From: Eledone cirrhosa
Taxonomy: Eukaryota
Length of the DNA stretch: 64,000 nucleotides
Assembly (NCBI GenBank): GCA_964016885.1
Contig: OZ024748.1
Coordinates: 11,594,001 to 11,658,000 of the forward strand
Direction of reading: 5' to 3'
Made by a program: the position numbers and the translations under genes
The notes under the pieces: model-generated
The model's database searches: none
Seen by the model: only the letters and a program-made list of their open reading frames with translations
Told to the model about the DNA's origin: nothing
Shown: in pieces, positions 25,053 to 39,599 of the stretch
Layout of the letters: the number at the start of each line of letters is the position of its first letter
Position numbering within the stretch: the stretch's first letter is position 1

Positions 25053-25375
25053 GTTAGCACCGCGCGAAATCAGCCAGCAAAACGAGAGATATTTCGACAG
25101 TAAAGCAGGAACAGTCCCGATAGATAAACACAGAAATTACATTCATACATTTTCTACACTCTTCCTCCTCTATTCTCTTCTCCAGCCTCCATTTATTTAT
25201 TTATCTATCTATTTATTTATTTACTTATTTATTTAGCTGAGTTTTTTTTGTTTTTTTGTTTTTTTTGCCGGCTGAGGATTTCTCAGTGTTGCACTTTTTT
25301 TTAAATTTAGTTTGGTTTTGTATCATTTATTTTTAAATACTTTTTATATATATATATATACATACATACATACAT

Positions 25376-25459
<84 letters not shown>

Positions 25460-25582
25460 TTTGTTGTTGCTGTTGTTGTTTAAGTTGCGAGGAACCTGGA
25501 TGGAGATTTATTACAATTACCAACATCAACGTTAACAACAACAACAACAACAATATATACAACAAAGGGAACAATTATTTTA

Positions 25583-25627
<45 letters not shown>

Positions 25628-26460
25628 GCAACAAGTGCAAGGAAGGATCTTTTTCTCTAAGGAATCGGAAAATCTCTACGACTAGATACCACCCCCTATC
25701 ACCACCACAACCACCACCACCACTATCACTACTGTAATCAATATTATTATTATTTTTATCATTATCACCATCATCATCATCATTAGCAGTACAACCAATA
25801 TCATCCATAAGTGAGATTTCTTCAGGAATTATAACTATATTAACACACAAGCCTCAGAGACGGGATAGTCACGGCTGGAACGACACTTACTGATCAAAGC
25901 TTCTGTTCAATCATTGTTGACCTGGGATTAAACAACAACAACAACAACAACCACAACAACAACCACTGCTAACAAACAACTATACTACCTCACTAACAAC
26001 AGCACTAACAACAAAAACAACAACAACTACTACTACTACTGGAATCACTATAACAGCTACAACAACAATAACAACAACAATATGGTCTATCATACAAGTG
26101 TCTCCAATACAACAACTACACACATATAACAACTAAAATAACAACAACGCCATCACCGCCACAACTACAACCGCCACTACAAGCATCACAACAAACGTCA
26201 CTATAACCACCACCACAACAGCGATAACTACATCTACCATAACAATAACATAAACACGCTTCAAAAACAACAACAACAACAACAACATAGAAAAGAAAAA
26301 GTAAAAAGTACAACAAAACATCACCGTGGATCCAGCATACGAACTGTTGGGGGAAGAGGAAGAGGAGGGGGGTGAGAGAGAGAGGGAAGGTGAGGGAAAT
26401 GAGGAAGAGGAAGCAATTAACGTGGATAACGCATCCGACCATGACGGAGACGCTACGGTG

Positions 26461-27328
26461 ATGAACACGGAACCTGACGCCGACACTGACGTCCAGACCG
26501 GTGATGACGTCGGAGGAGGTGGTGAAGCTGGCAACGTCAGTGACATTGGCGGCGGCGGCGGTAGCGGCGGTAGCGGCGGAAGTCGCGCCGAGTCAGCAGC
26601 GTCGACGACGTCGGCAGCCGCCGCAAACGCCGGCGACCGCGTTGAACAGTCTGCCAATGGCGAAGAAGAGGAAGAAGAAGAAGTGGGTTCGATTGCACTC
26701 GGCGGTCGTGTCGGACAGGAGGACTATACCGAGGACGTACATGACGACGGCGTCGGAGCTTCCGGTGACGGCGGCAGCAGCGGCGGCGGCGGTGGCAGTA
26801 ATGACGCTGCCGGCGTTGAAATCGTCGACGAGGGACCACGGTCGAACGTCGGCGGTGGCAGCGGAGACGGCGGCAAGAAAAACGCCAACGAGGACGACGA
26901 CAATGATGACGGAGTCGGCGTTGACGTTCGCCGACGTGACGAGAGAGGAATAACTGGCGGCGTTGTGGGAGGAGGCAACGGCGGCGATTACATGAAAGCC
27001 GACAACGTCTACGACGAAGACGACTACCGGCACAACGCCGTCGGCAACTGCGCCGTCGACGGTGGCGATGGATACGTTGTCAACGTTGGTGACGTTGACG
27101 ACGTCGACGACGTGAGAGTGTGCGAAGCCGGCCATATAGTGTGGGAAGGTGGCCGCATGTCGGTGATTAAGACGGATGATGATCTGAAAGACAGTTTCAG
27201 TGGTGACAATAACCCCTACCGTAAAAAAGTGGCTCGGGTGGTGGTGGTGATATCGGTGGTGATGCTGGTCATGAGTATCCTATTGGTGTGTGTCTCCCTA
27301 AACATGTCCAAAAATATCGACGACCTGG
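26461..27328 (+). CDS. Coding exon of an uncharacterised single-pass membrane protein (acidic, Gly-rich disordered N-terminus, then a TM helix)
   Basis: ~1-kb open, GC/CpG-rich frame, open from 26305, first ATG at 26461. Ends RKK-VARVVVVISVVMLVMSILLVCVSL-NMSKNIDDL, followed by the consensus donor G|GTAAGT at 27328/27329 (phase 1). The start position is uncertain. Confidence 0.75.
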
Positions 27329-27377
27329 GTAAGTGGACTCCTCCTAAATGAGGCTTTCATTCATTAAATGTATATAT

Positions 27378-27644
27378 CGTTGTTGTTGTTGTTGTTGTTG
27401 TTGTTGTTATTGTTGTGGTGTTGTCGTTGTTGTTGTTGTTGTTGTTGCTGTTGTTGCTGGTGTTATTGCTGTTGTTGTTGTTATTGTTGTGGTGTTATTG
27501 TTGCTGTTGTTGTTATTGTTGTGGTGTTATTGTTGTGGTGTTGTCGTTGTTGTTGTTGTTGTTGTTGCTGTTGTTGCTGGTGTTATTGCTGTTGTTGTTG
27601 TTATTGTTGTGGTGTTATTGTTGCTGTTGTTGTTATTGTTGTGG

Positions 27645-27675
<31 letters not shown>

Positions 27676-28471
27676 GCTGTTGTTGCTGGTGTTATTGCTG
27701 TTGTTGTTGTTATTGTTGTGGTGTTGTTGTTGTTGTTATTGTTGTTGTTGCTGCTGTTGTTGTTGTTGTTGGTGTTATTGCTGTTGTTATCGTTGTTGTT
27801 CATGTTGTTATTGTTGTTATAGTCGTTGCTTTTGTTGTTGTCGTCATTGTTGTTGTTATTGTTGTTGCAATCGTTGTTATTGTTATTATTGTTCTTATTA
27901 TTGTTGTTATTGTTGTTGTTGTTGTTGTTGTTATTGTTATTGCTGCTGTTGTTGTTATTGTTGCTGTTATTGCTGTTGTTATTGCTGTTGTTATTGCTGT
28001 TGTTATTGCTGTTGTTGTTGTTGTTATTGTTGCTGTTATTGCTGTTGTTATTGCTGTTGTTATTGTTATTGTTGTTGTTATTGTTGCTGTTATTGTTGTT
28101 GTTATTGTTGTTGTTATTGTTGTTGCTATTTAAATACTTTCTTTAATGAACTTAAAACTTGTTTGTTTTTTCTCTTTAAGTTCTTGTCATGGAAACACTT
28201 TACACGTATTTTTCTTTTTTACTGATACGCATTGCTTTGGGGGTTGTTGGTATTGTTGATGTTGATGATGATGATGATGATGATGATGATGAGAAGGGGG
28301 TGGAAGAAGAGAAGGAGAATGGTGATTGTGGCGGTGGTGGTGGTGGTGGTGGTGGTTGTGATGATGGTAATGATGATGATGAGAAGAAGGATAGAAGAGG
28401 AGAATAGTGGTTGTGGTTGTGGTGGTTGTGATGATGATATTGTTGTTGATGACAGGGAGGGGTGATGTTGG

Positions 28472-28506
<35 letters not shown>

Positions 28507-28655
28507 GGGTTGTTATTGTTGGCGGTGGTGGTTGTCGTGGTGGTGGTTGTGGTGATGATGATGATGATGAATGGGTGTCATGCGCTCGTCATGTTTTCTG
28601 TTTTCTTTTTCCTCGTTCTCTATTCCGACTTATTCCTCCTCCTCACCCTCCCCAC

Positions 28656-28696
<41 letters not shown>

Positions 28697-29100
28697 CCAT
28701 CATCAACATCATCAACAACATAACCAGCATCGTCTATATTATGATCACCATCATCATTATCATCTTCATCAGAACCATCATCACCCCCCAACACCACCAT
28801 CAACATCATCATCATCATCATCATCAATACCATCGTCAACATCACCATCATCGTTTATATAACGATCACCATCACCATCATCACCACCATCATCATCTTC
28901 CTCCTCCTCCTCATCATCATCATCATCATCAATACCATCATCCTCATCATCACCATCATCGTCTATATAACGATAACCTTCATCATTATCAACATCATCA
29001 CCATCGTCAACATCATCATGAATTTCTTATTCTTTTCCCTCCATCTCCATCTCTTCCCCACCCTCCTCCTCCGCATCCTTATCCCCTCCTCTTCCTCTTC
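27378..29100. repeat. Compound (GTT)n/(GAT)n/(CAT)n microsatellites, including a ~120-bp tandem duplication at ~27405-27645
   Basis: Direct inspection. Confidence 0.9.
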
Positions 29101-29212
29101 TCTTTGATCTAACATCCTTCGATCATATTTGTATATAAGTGGGAGTAACTTAGCACGTGCTGCAGTGTATATACATGTGAGTCTGAGAGAGAGAGAGAGA
29201 GAGGGTGGGAGT

Positions 29213-29262
<50 letters not shown>

Positions 29263-29292
29263 GAGACAGAGAGAGAGACAGAGAGAGCGACT

Positions 29293-29358
<66 letters not shown>

Positions 29359-29387
29359 CAGAGAGAGATATAGACAGAGAGAGAGAG

Positions 29388-29472
<85 letters not shown>

Positions 29473-30006
29473 GAGAGACTGACAGACAGAGAGAGAGAGA
29501 GAGAGACAGACAAACAGAGAGAGAGAGAGAGAGAGAGAGAGGGGAGAGACAGACAGAGGGAGAGAGAGAGAGAAGAAAAAGTGAGACGGACAGACAGCAT
29601 CACTTTTATGTAGTGTGAGCGTATGTGTGTGAGAGTCATGAGCATGTGTGTATGTGTGTGTGTTTGTGTGTGTGAGTATGTGTATGTGTCAGTGTGTGTG
29701 AGTGTGTGTGAGTGTGTGAGCGTGTGTGCATGTGTGTGTGTATGTGTGTGTGTGTGTATGTGGGTGTGTCTGTATGTGGGTGTGCGAGCAAAAAGATATA
29801 TGTAGCTTGTGCACCTAAATATGTGAACACGCACGCACACACACATTTATATATATATATATGTGTGTGTATGTGTGTATATGTATATATGTGTGTGTTT
29901 GTGTGAGTGTGTGTATATGTATATATATGTGTCTGTGGGGTGTATGTGTGTATACACAAAACACACACATACACACACAGACACATAAATATTATATTAT
30001 ATACAT

Positions 30007-30078
<72 letters not shown>

Positions 30079-30364
30079 ATGTATATATATATAAATATAT
30101 ATATATATTTATATATATATATATACATATACATATACATATATACATATATATTATATCTATCTATATATATATATATATACACTCACACAGACACGTA
30201 AATATATATATATATATATATATATACATAGAAATATATATAGAAATATATATAATAAAATAAATATGGTTTTATAAATATAGTTTCCATTTGTTTAATA
30301 TCGTATATATATATAATATATATATATATATATGTGTATATACATATACATATACATATATATA

Positions 30365-30455
<91 letters not shown>

Positions 30456-30479
30456 CACTCACACAGACACGTAAATACG

Positions 30480-30551
<72 letters not shown>

Positions 30552-30764
30552 CATACATACATACATACATACATACATACACATACAGAGATATACTTTT
30601 GCGTTGGTTTCAGTCATGTGACTGCGGCCATGCTGGAGCAATCTCTTCACGTGTTTAGTCAATCATGTCATACACGCACAGATATAAGAAATGTGAATGT
30701 CAGTCCCTGTCATTGTATGTGTCTGTGGTTGTCTCTGGTTGTAATGTGTGCCTGTAAGTGTGTA

Positions 30765-30849
<85 letters not shown>

Positions 30850-31040
30850 ATACCTATAAATAGCTCAAATCGATTTTATTCCCTTTCCATGCAAAGTGTA
30901 ACGTGAGATAATTCAAACGAAAATTACACAGGCATGCATACCCAAAGACACACACACACATACACATACAGACACGCTGCAAACACACATGTACACACAC
31001 AAACGTACACACATACACACACACACATATACATACATAC

Positions 31041-31132
<92 letters not shown>

Positions 31133-31195
31133 ACATTCATACATATAAACATAGATAGATATAAACATGTACACACACACACACACACACACACA

Positions 31196-31253
<58 letters not shown>

Positions 31254-31322
31254 GATAAAAAATGGCAAACACGGATACAAAAACAATTAGTGTTATTATG
31301 TTCACGCTTTGGATGAAAGAGA

Positions 31323-31357
<35 letters not shown>

Positions 31358-31378
31358 TATACATATATATATATATAC

Positions 31379-31409
<31 letters not shown>

Positions 31410-31427
31410 CACATATATATAATATAC

Positions 31428-31459
<32 letters not shown>

Positions 31460-31580
31460 GAGTGAGGTGAATACGTCTAGTACAACCAGTGTCACGTGAT
31501 AGGCAACATTGTTTGAACAAAAAATAATTTCTCTGTACATGTATGTATGTATGTATGTATGTATGTACGTATGTATGTAT

Positions 31581-31663
31581 GGTCAGGTCACCAGTTGGTG
31601 CTACTGGTAACATCTATCCCAGTACAACCTGTCCCATGGTCGGGTTGTTGGCGACTAAACTGG
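31581..31663 (+). ncRNA. HDV-like ribozyme fold (degenerate L3) at the element 5' end
   Basis: P1 GGUCA-GG/CCAUGGUC, J1/2 hairpin ACCAGU/ACUGGU, P2 CCAGU/ACUGG, P3 ACA/UGU, GG, P4 UUG/CGA, J4/2 CUAA. Confidence 0.5.
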
Positions 31664-32190
31664 CAACCCCACCAAGGTTTCTTGGTGAGGAGGGTGACTT
31701 TGAACATCCTGCAGGACTAAAAACAAAACCTGTCAAAGGGCAAAGGAGCTCTTAAGAGTCAATGGCCATCCAAAATCACCGGGAGAGATGACCCCTTAGC
31801 CTTTGTCAAGGCAGAATTCTAGGAGAAGGAAAACTCTGATATAACACCTGCAACCCTGATGGTATCCAATGATGTTGACTTGTTCTTCTTTTTGGTAAAT
31901 ATCATCTTGGTTAAGAGAGTGGGACTGGCTTTGTGCAGTGCCTTTGCTCACTATAAAAGCTTCACGGCACAGGCATTGCTTTATATCTGGAGATCTCTCT
32001 GCACATGTCGTCATATGGTACCATGGGCCCAGCACTATGTGTCAGTAATTGTCACAAGTGTAGTGCTTGTACCAGAGTTTTCACGTCACTGGCTGGACTA
32101 AAAAGTCACACTCGTTCAGCGCATCGGTAGGGGTTCTCCTACATGGATATAAAGTAGTGGCCGTACTCGAAAACGAGTTGGCAGCCACTA
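31581..32190 (+). mobile_element. Apparently full-length non-autonomous RTE-derived retroelement with a (TATG)n tail
   Basis: Three further near-identical copies (32522, 43520, 54388). Contains ctaggagaaggaaaactctgat, similar to RTE 5' UTRs. No meaningful ORF. Embedded in (TATG)n. Confidence 0.75.
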
Positions 32191-32521
32191 TGTATGTATG
32201 TATATATATATATGTTTTTCTGGTTTTATAATTTCGCAAATTTTTGCCAATAGAGAGACAGTCGATTTCTAACATAGACACAAGACCCTCTCATTGGAAT
32301 TTACACAACATCTAGGTACATATGTATGTATGTCTGCATGCATGCATGTGTAGATATGGATGTTATTGTATGTGTGGATGTGGATGTTTTGAGCTGTATG
32401 TGTGTATGTGTATATGCTTAGTATCTGTACATGTGTATATGCAGTTATTAGATACAACATTTTTGGAATGTTTTATATATTTTTAATGTATGTATGTATG
32501 TATGTATGTATGTATGTATGT

Positions 32522-32810
32522 ATCTTGGTTAAGAGAGTGGGACTGGCTTTGTGCAGTGCCTTTGCTCACTATAAAAGCTTCACGGCACAGGCATTGCTTT
32601 ATATCTGGAGATCTCTCTGCACTTGTCGTCACATGGTACCATGGGCCCAGCACTATGTGTCAATAATTGTCGCAAGTGTAGTGTTTGTACCAGAGTTTTC
32701 AAGTCACTGGCTGGACTAAAAAGTCACACTCGTTAAGCGCATCGGTAGGGGTTCTCCTACATGGATATAAAGTAGTGGCCGTACTCGAAAACGAGTTGGC
32801 AGCCACCATG
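32522..32810 (+). mobile_element. 5'-truncated copy of the (TATG)n element
   Basis: Matches 31904-32190. Confidence 0.9.
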
Positions 32811-33170
32811 TATGTATGTATGTGACTAGGTAGTTATGTGTGTATGGACGTATGTGACTAGGTAGGTATGTGTGTATGTACGTATGTAACTAGGTAGGTA
32901 TGTGTGTATGTACGTATGTGAATAGGTAGGTATGTGTGTATGTATGTATATGAATAGGTAGGTATGTGTCTATGTACGTATGTGAATAGGTAGGTATGTG
33001 TGTATGTATGTATATGACTATGTAGGTATGCAGGTCTATGTGAAAATGTACCTGTAACTTTGTTAGTAAGCATCGAATTGTGTACTTTTGTACTCTTCAG
33101 AAAATCATTCTTCGTAATATGATATGCTTATAAGCAGACACACTTACACACATACACACACACACACATA

Positions 33171-33306
<136 letters not shown>

Positions 33307-33369
33307 TTTAGTATTGACGTTCGCAAGAATGTGTACTAAGACAGAATTAACATTGATAAAATTATACAT

Positions 33370-33539
<170 letters not shown>

Positions 33540-33635
33540 ACGGTTAGCTATACTCTTTGTTGTTCTCCTGTCTCACTCGCTTTACGCGTTTTAATTGTCC
33601 TAATAACTTATTTTGGTTATTATTGCACCGACGTG

Positions 33636-33711
33636 AGATATATGATTTTTAATGCAATGAAATATCTATGATCTTCGGCAAATCACTGATGAGGGACGTA
33701 TTTTATTACAT
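33636..33711 (+). ncRNA. Candidate non-circularly permuted hammerhead (copy 2, in element 33541-33752)
   Basis: agaua UA ugauuu..GAAA uaucu...aaauca CUGAUGA. Confidence 0.5.
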
Positions 33712-33753
33712 GTTACCATGTGCTACCTGCAGTATTTTTCTCTATATTTTAAT

Positions 33754-33815
<62 letters not shown>

Positions 33816-34368
33816 ATATATATATATATATCTCATATACACACAAACATATATATATATATATACACAGACATACACGTGTGTGTCTTTGTGTGAGTTT
33901 GCGTGTGTGCTGATGATCGGGTATTGTGTGTTTGTATGTCTACACAATAGTCTTGTTTCGGTTCAGTCCCATCGAATGTGACTTTGATACCAGGAGGAGG
34001 GGGGAGGAGGGGCGGGGGAGGGGGGTTATCCCTGACGCAGCAACATCAGAAACTGTGTAGAAAGAGCGGTCAAAGCTCCTTCGAACGGCACTCATTCACC
34101 ATACACTTTCAACATACATATTTTCGATCCAAGGTCTGAAGAGGAACAAAACTGAATGAACGAGAAGCGATATGTGGAATCGGAACACACAATGTCGAAA
34201 TAGATACTGCAAGACATACTATCCGTCATTCTAACGACTGGTATTCAATAACACAGACAAACACAGGCTGACTGAATACACACGTGTTTGTTCTCAAGAA
34301 CTTTTTTTCCATTTTTTTCCCCTTCTCATTATCTATAATTATATTTCATCTTTTATTTCTCATTTTAC

Positions 34369-34402
34369 CTTCTGATGAAGGACTAGTGTCCGAAATGTAA
34401 AG
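34369..34402 (+). ncRNA. Minimal hammerhead motif in a PLE 3' end
   Basis: cuu CUGAUGA a ggac uagu gucc GAAA ug UA aag. Confidence 0.6.
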
Positions 34403-34477
34403 AACCTTTCCCTACAATATCAAGTGTTAAACTAATATATCTCTTCATTATTGCTTGCTTTGTTGCTTTTACATTTT

Positions 34478-34541
<64 letters not shown>

Positions 34542-34543
<2 letters not shown>

Positions 34544-34610
34544 CGAAGGAGTTGAGTCCAGAAATAGCCGTCGAGACGGCTTGAGCCCTGTCATCGGGGT
34601 CATACTTTTT

Positions 34611-34613
<3 letters not shown>
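34542..34613. mobile_element. PLE family X remnant
   Basis: aacgaagga end joined to gtccagaaatagccgtcgagacggc. Confidence 0.7.
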
Positions 34614-34663
<50 letters not shown>

Positions 34664-34667
<4 letters not shown>

Positions 34668-34846
34668 GTTTGAATATGTATAATAAAGCCAAAACAATGC
34701 AGGTATGGACATAGAATAAAGAATGCAAATGCAAAAGATATTGTTGACAATTAGTCTTTTACCTGCATTGTTTTGGCTTTATTATACATATTCAAACGTT
34801 TATACCTCATTACACAATGCTTCAAGTGAACTATAACCTCCTCCAT
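34664..34846. mobile_element. (TA)n-flanked fold-back element
   Basis: aaacgtttgaatatg...caatgcaggta / tacctgcattg...catattcaaacgttt. Ends acctcctcca(TA)n. Confidence 0.75.
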
Positions 34847-35002
34847 ATATATATATATATATGGGGTGTGTATATACTAACTATTTCTAATAATACAGCC
34901 CCACCCTAATTTACAAAATTGTATTTCCAAGGGTTGTTGATCAGAAGCATAAATGTTAGTATTCGTTTGTAATTTAATTTCGTTTTTCATATGCACATTT
35001 AC

Positions 35003-35106
<104 letters not shown>

Positions 35107-35149
35107 ACTTCATTTGCATTGTTAATAATTATATGTAAAATAGAAAATG

Positions 35150-35328
35150 TATATGAAATTCATGAAAAATTCATCTAGTAATTATTAAGAAAGATTTAAA
35201 TAAACATACCAATAAGAATTATATTTATTCATATAGCAAGAGTCCGCAGGCGCGATAATTGTAATGTCCAAGTATTTAAGCACACCATTTTGACATTCAA
35301 ACATAGTTTGTATATTTAGCCAACAAAG

Positions 35329-35384
<56 letters not shown>

Positions 35385-35460
35385 CCATCTACATAAAAGC
35401 ATTGAACAGTCAAACTTGATGATTAAATTTCAATTAGTACAGGTGCAGGCTAAAATATTC
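35150..35460 (-). pseudogene. Decayed Penelope-type reverse transcriptase fragment split by a (TA)n tract
   Basis: In order on the minus strand: APVLIEI (35426-35446), YVDG (35384-35395, cf. YVDD), NIQTMFECQNGVLKYLDITII (cf. the PLE motif NIKFTxExExxxxLPFLD). Confidence 0.55.
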
Positions 35461-35619
35461 AATATATGTTTAGATTTAGATTTTGCTAATAATATATTGT
35501 ATTAGGAATTATCAAATATACAATTTAGAAAATTCTGTTTAATTATAGATAATTATATGGAAAGTAAACAATATGTGGTAGATGATTGACTTTCACAGAA
35601 ATATTCATAAATACAAACA

Positions 35620-35790
35620 AGACGGTGCGAGGATGAACAGTTAGAGAATTTAATTGGTAATCGAGTGGTTACGAGTTCGATTCCCGGACCGAGCGATGTG
35701 TTATGTCCTTGAGCAAGACACTGTATTTCACGTCGCTCCTTCTGCCTGGAGTTGCGACCGGTAGATTGTCTTAGCAAACATTTCGCCTAC
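35620..35790 (+). mobile_element. CORE-like SINE
   Basis: gagttcgattcccggacc...gtccttgagcaagacact. Confidence 0.75.
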
Positions 35791-35865
35791 CAAACTCCCC
35801 CACACTCGCACACACACACACGCACACACACGCACACACACACACGCACACACACACGCACACAT

Positions 35866-35937
<72 letters not shown>

Positions 35938-35968
35938 TTGTGGGTTTGGTAGGTGAAATGTTTGTATG

Positions 35969-36000
<32 letters not shown>

Positions 36001-36440
36001 GTGACGAAACATAAGTCAATTGCATGAACTCATAATCCTTTATTTACTGTTATATATATTTCGATTATAGCCATTGAATGGCTATGTCCTCATCAGGCAG
36101 TTAGTCAGTTCTTAGATATGCCAGCTCTGTGTTTATAGTGTTGATGGTATCAGAGCCTTGGGACATATGAGCTTGTTAGGAATAATTTAATGTTGTCAGC
36201 AGGAATAGTCTTAATTCTCATTGGTCAGTTTGTAGTTGCTAGTAGGGTTGGTATTTGACCTCAACGAGGCAGGTGGTGTTGTAAAGTTCAAACCGTCAGG
36301 CAAGATGACAATAGTTCCATATGACTGATTTTCACAAAAAGCATTCCGTCATATGCTGTCCTTTGCTATCTTCAATGTTTTCTATTCGTAAACCCTTTCT
36401 GGTTAATAAACAAACCATTATCATTAGCTTTACCTTACAT
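36001..36440 (-). mobile_element. PLE 3' region with an ORF C-terminal relic and a hammerhead (36046-36101)
   Basis: Reverse complement encodes VILPDGLN (PLE PxGLN-like), then acugc CUGAUGA..auagcca/uggcuau..GAAA uauaua UA. Same family as 48221 and 50466. Confidence 0.8.
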
Positions 36441-36529
36441 CCTTACATATATATATATACATTATATATATATATATATATGTGATATATATATATATAT
36501 ATATATATATGTGATATATATATATCAGA

Positions 36530-36661
36530 TTGGAGGTGGTAAAAACCAGTTAGACCATTGCTCACCGGAGTACTCGATACTTGGGTAGTAGAGTGGGTAA
36601 TATGAAAACATTCAGGACCCCGACGGCCGGAGCTCAACCGTCGGGGTCTTGAATTTTTTCA
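36530..36661. mobile_element. PLE family X copy, short fold-back
   Basis: ttcaggaccccgacgg...ccgtcggggtcttgaa. Confidence 0.7.
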
Positions 36662-37533
36662 TATATATATATAAATGTATATATCTTTTACTTTCTCTTA
36701 CTCACTCTTTTCCCAAAGCCATTACTTCTGGTATGTGTGTTTGGAAAAATAAGAAAAGATGAAAGGAAAAGTTGACCTCGGTGGGTTTTGAACTCAGAGT
36801 GCACAGGGAATCGAAACAAACGCCACAAAGAATTCTGTCCGACATTCTACGACTCGGATAGTATGCCGCCTCGTATATTGCTATTAATTTCTTAATTCGA
36901 AACATTAATGTTCCACTGCGTTGCATAATGCAATTAAAAATAAATTTATATTTGCTGGTTCATGAAATTTTCCTCATGGATATTGCCGATTATATTTCTC
37001 AAAAAAGATTGTACATCATTGGTCTAGATTGTAATGGTAAGATCTGATCATTTATATGAACTTGTTTTGTACCAGTTCGAAATTATAGAACAACATTACT
37101 AATTGCACGGGAACATTTCCTTATGATGTATTTCAATCACTCTTGCATGCCTTCATTAAAATGTTCGATTAATTTGGATGTCTGAGTTGTCTCTTTTACT
37201 TCTGTTAACAAGAATTACTCATTAAAACTAATGGGTTCTTTTCTCTCTTCATTACGGATATAATTGTAATATTTAAAAAAAAAAAAGTATTTTTGATTCA
37301 CTACATTCAGTATGTTAGCCCCCTATTTCAATATAATTGAAGTAACAGCCAATCCCGTGAACCAGCTATAATTTCCGGTTGAAGTCATATGATCGTGAGA
37401 GAACAAAGATATGATAAGTCGTACAATATCCTTTAAAAGGCATGAATGCCACACAATCCCATTTCGACTTCCTTTGAATTTACTGATAACTATTTTACTG
37501 GTTTAGAAATCAAATCCTAACGATTGTGATTTC

Positions 37534-37598
<65 letters not shown>

Positions 37599-37790
37599 AC
37601 ACACACACACACAAACACACACTCAAACACACACACACGCGCGCGCGCGCGCGTGCGTAAACACACACACACAAACAGACAAACAAACAACAACATCAAT
37701 ATTTCTCAGTGGAGCAATTCAATTTCCACCATTGAAAAAATTATCTCTCTCTATATATATAGATATATATGTATATATATATATATATAC

Positions 37791-37844
<54 letters not shown>

Positions 37845-38219
37845 AATCCCCTCTCTCCCTCTCTCTAAACGCCTTTCTTTTTAACTCCTTCTCTCTCTAA
37901 CCTCTCTCTCTCTCTCTCTCTCTTTCTAACCCCTCTTTCTCTCTATCCCCCACTCACTTACACACATACACACAGATACACACACACACACAATACATGC
38001 ATACACATACACACACTCAATAACTCACATGTTCATTCGCCAATTATTTTCAATTTTTCAAGCAGAAACCTACGAATTGTTCTGCCATGTAACAAGATGG
38101 GAAAATAAAGAGTTAAATAAATGAAGAAATAAATTAGTAACCACACATACATACATACATACATACATACATACATACACACACACACGCGCACACACAC
38201 ACACACATATATATATATA

Positions 38220-38633
<414 letters not shown>

Positions 38634-38690
38634 ATAATATATATATATATATACATATATGCATATATATACATATATACATATATATAC

Positions 38691-38777
<87 letters not shown>

Positions 38778-38780
<3 letters not shown>

Positions 38781-38998
38781 GGTGTTGGATGCTTAAAGCG
38801 TCCGTATGCGATAGGCCGTATGAGCACTCGATGCTCTCATAGAGCAGAGTATGGTTTCACAGAAAAAAAGAGAATCAGTGTTGCGACGAATGTAATTTAT
38901 TGCACATATTACAGTGCCTCGAGCTGGTCGTCAGAGAAACGATTGTAATATGTCCAATAAATTCCATTCGTCGCAACACTGATTCTCTTTTTTTTCTA
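38778..38998. mobile_element. Fold-back copy of the 4944-5200 family
   Basis: 38860-38913 is the inverse of 38945-38996. Confidence 0.85.
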
Positions 38999-39224
38999 TG
39001 ATATATATATATATATATATACATAAGTTAAAGAAATCGAATTCAAGACGAACAATTCCTTCATATTGTCTTATTCTTTGTTATTTATATTCGGTGTATT
39101 TATTTATTTATTTATTTTATATTTTATATTTTATATTTAATTTCTTTAACTCATCTTTCTTTGTTGGTAACATTGAGAAGTTGAAGTAAAATATCGTACA
39201 CGGAACAGGTGAATGTGGGCAAAT

Positions 39225-39530
39225 ATAATACACAAATAACAGGCACGAGAATAGACATAATACAAAATAACAGATTTATACACAATAACAAGCATAATAC
39301 ACAATAACAGACATAATAGATAATCCTAGACATAATACACAATAACAAACATAATATACAAGAACAGTCATAATACATGACAACAGACACAATACACGAC
39401 AACAGTCATAATACACAAATAATAGACATAATACACATTAATATATTTAATATACAAGAACTGACATAATACACAAGAACAGACATAATACATAAGAATA
39501 AACATAATACACAATACCAGCGAGAACACA
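39225..39530. repeat. ~19-bp minisatellite (acataatacacaataacag)
   Basis: About 14 degenerate units. Confidence 0.85.
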
Positions 39531-39536
39531 TTATCC

Positions 39537-39599
<63 letters not shown>

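Noticed and set aside
27348-28225. Cys-, Val- or Leu-rich ORFs resembling metallothionein or keratin-associated proteins
   Set aside because: A (GTT)n microsatellite immediately after the splice donor, so most likely intronic.
31796-32101. 79-80-aa ORFs repeated in the (TATG)n element copies
   Set aside because: Conserved only because the copies are young, with no recognisable domain.
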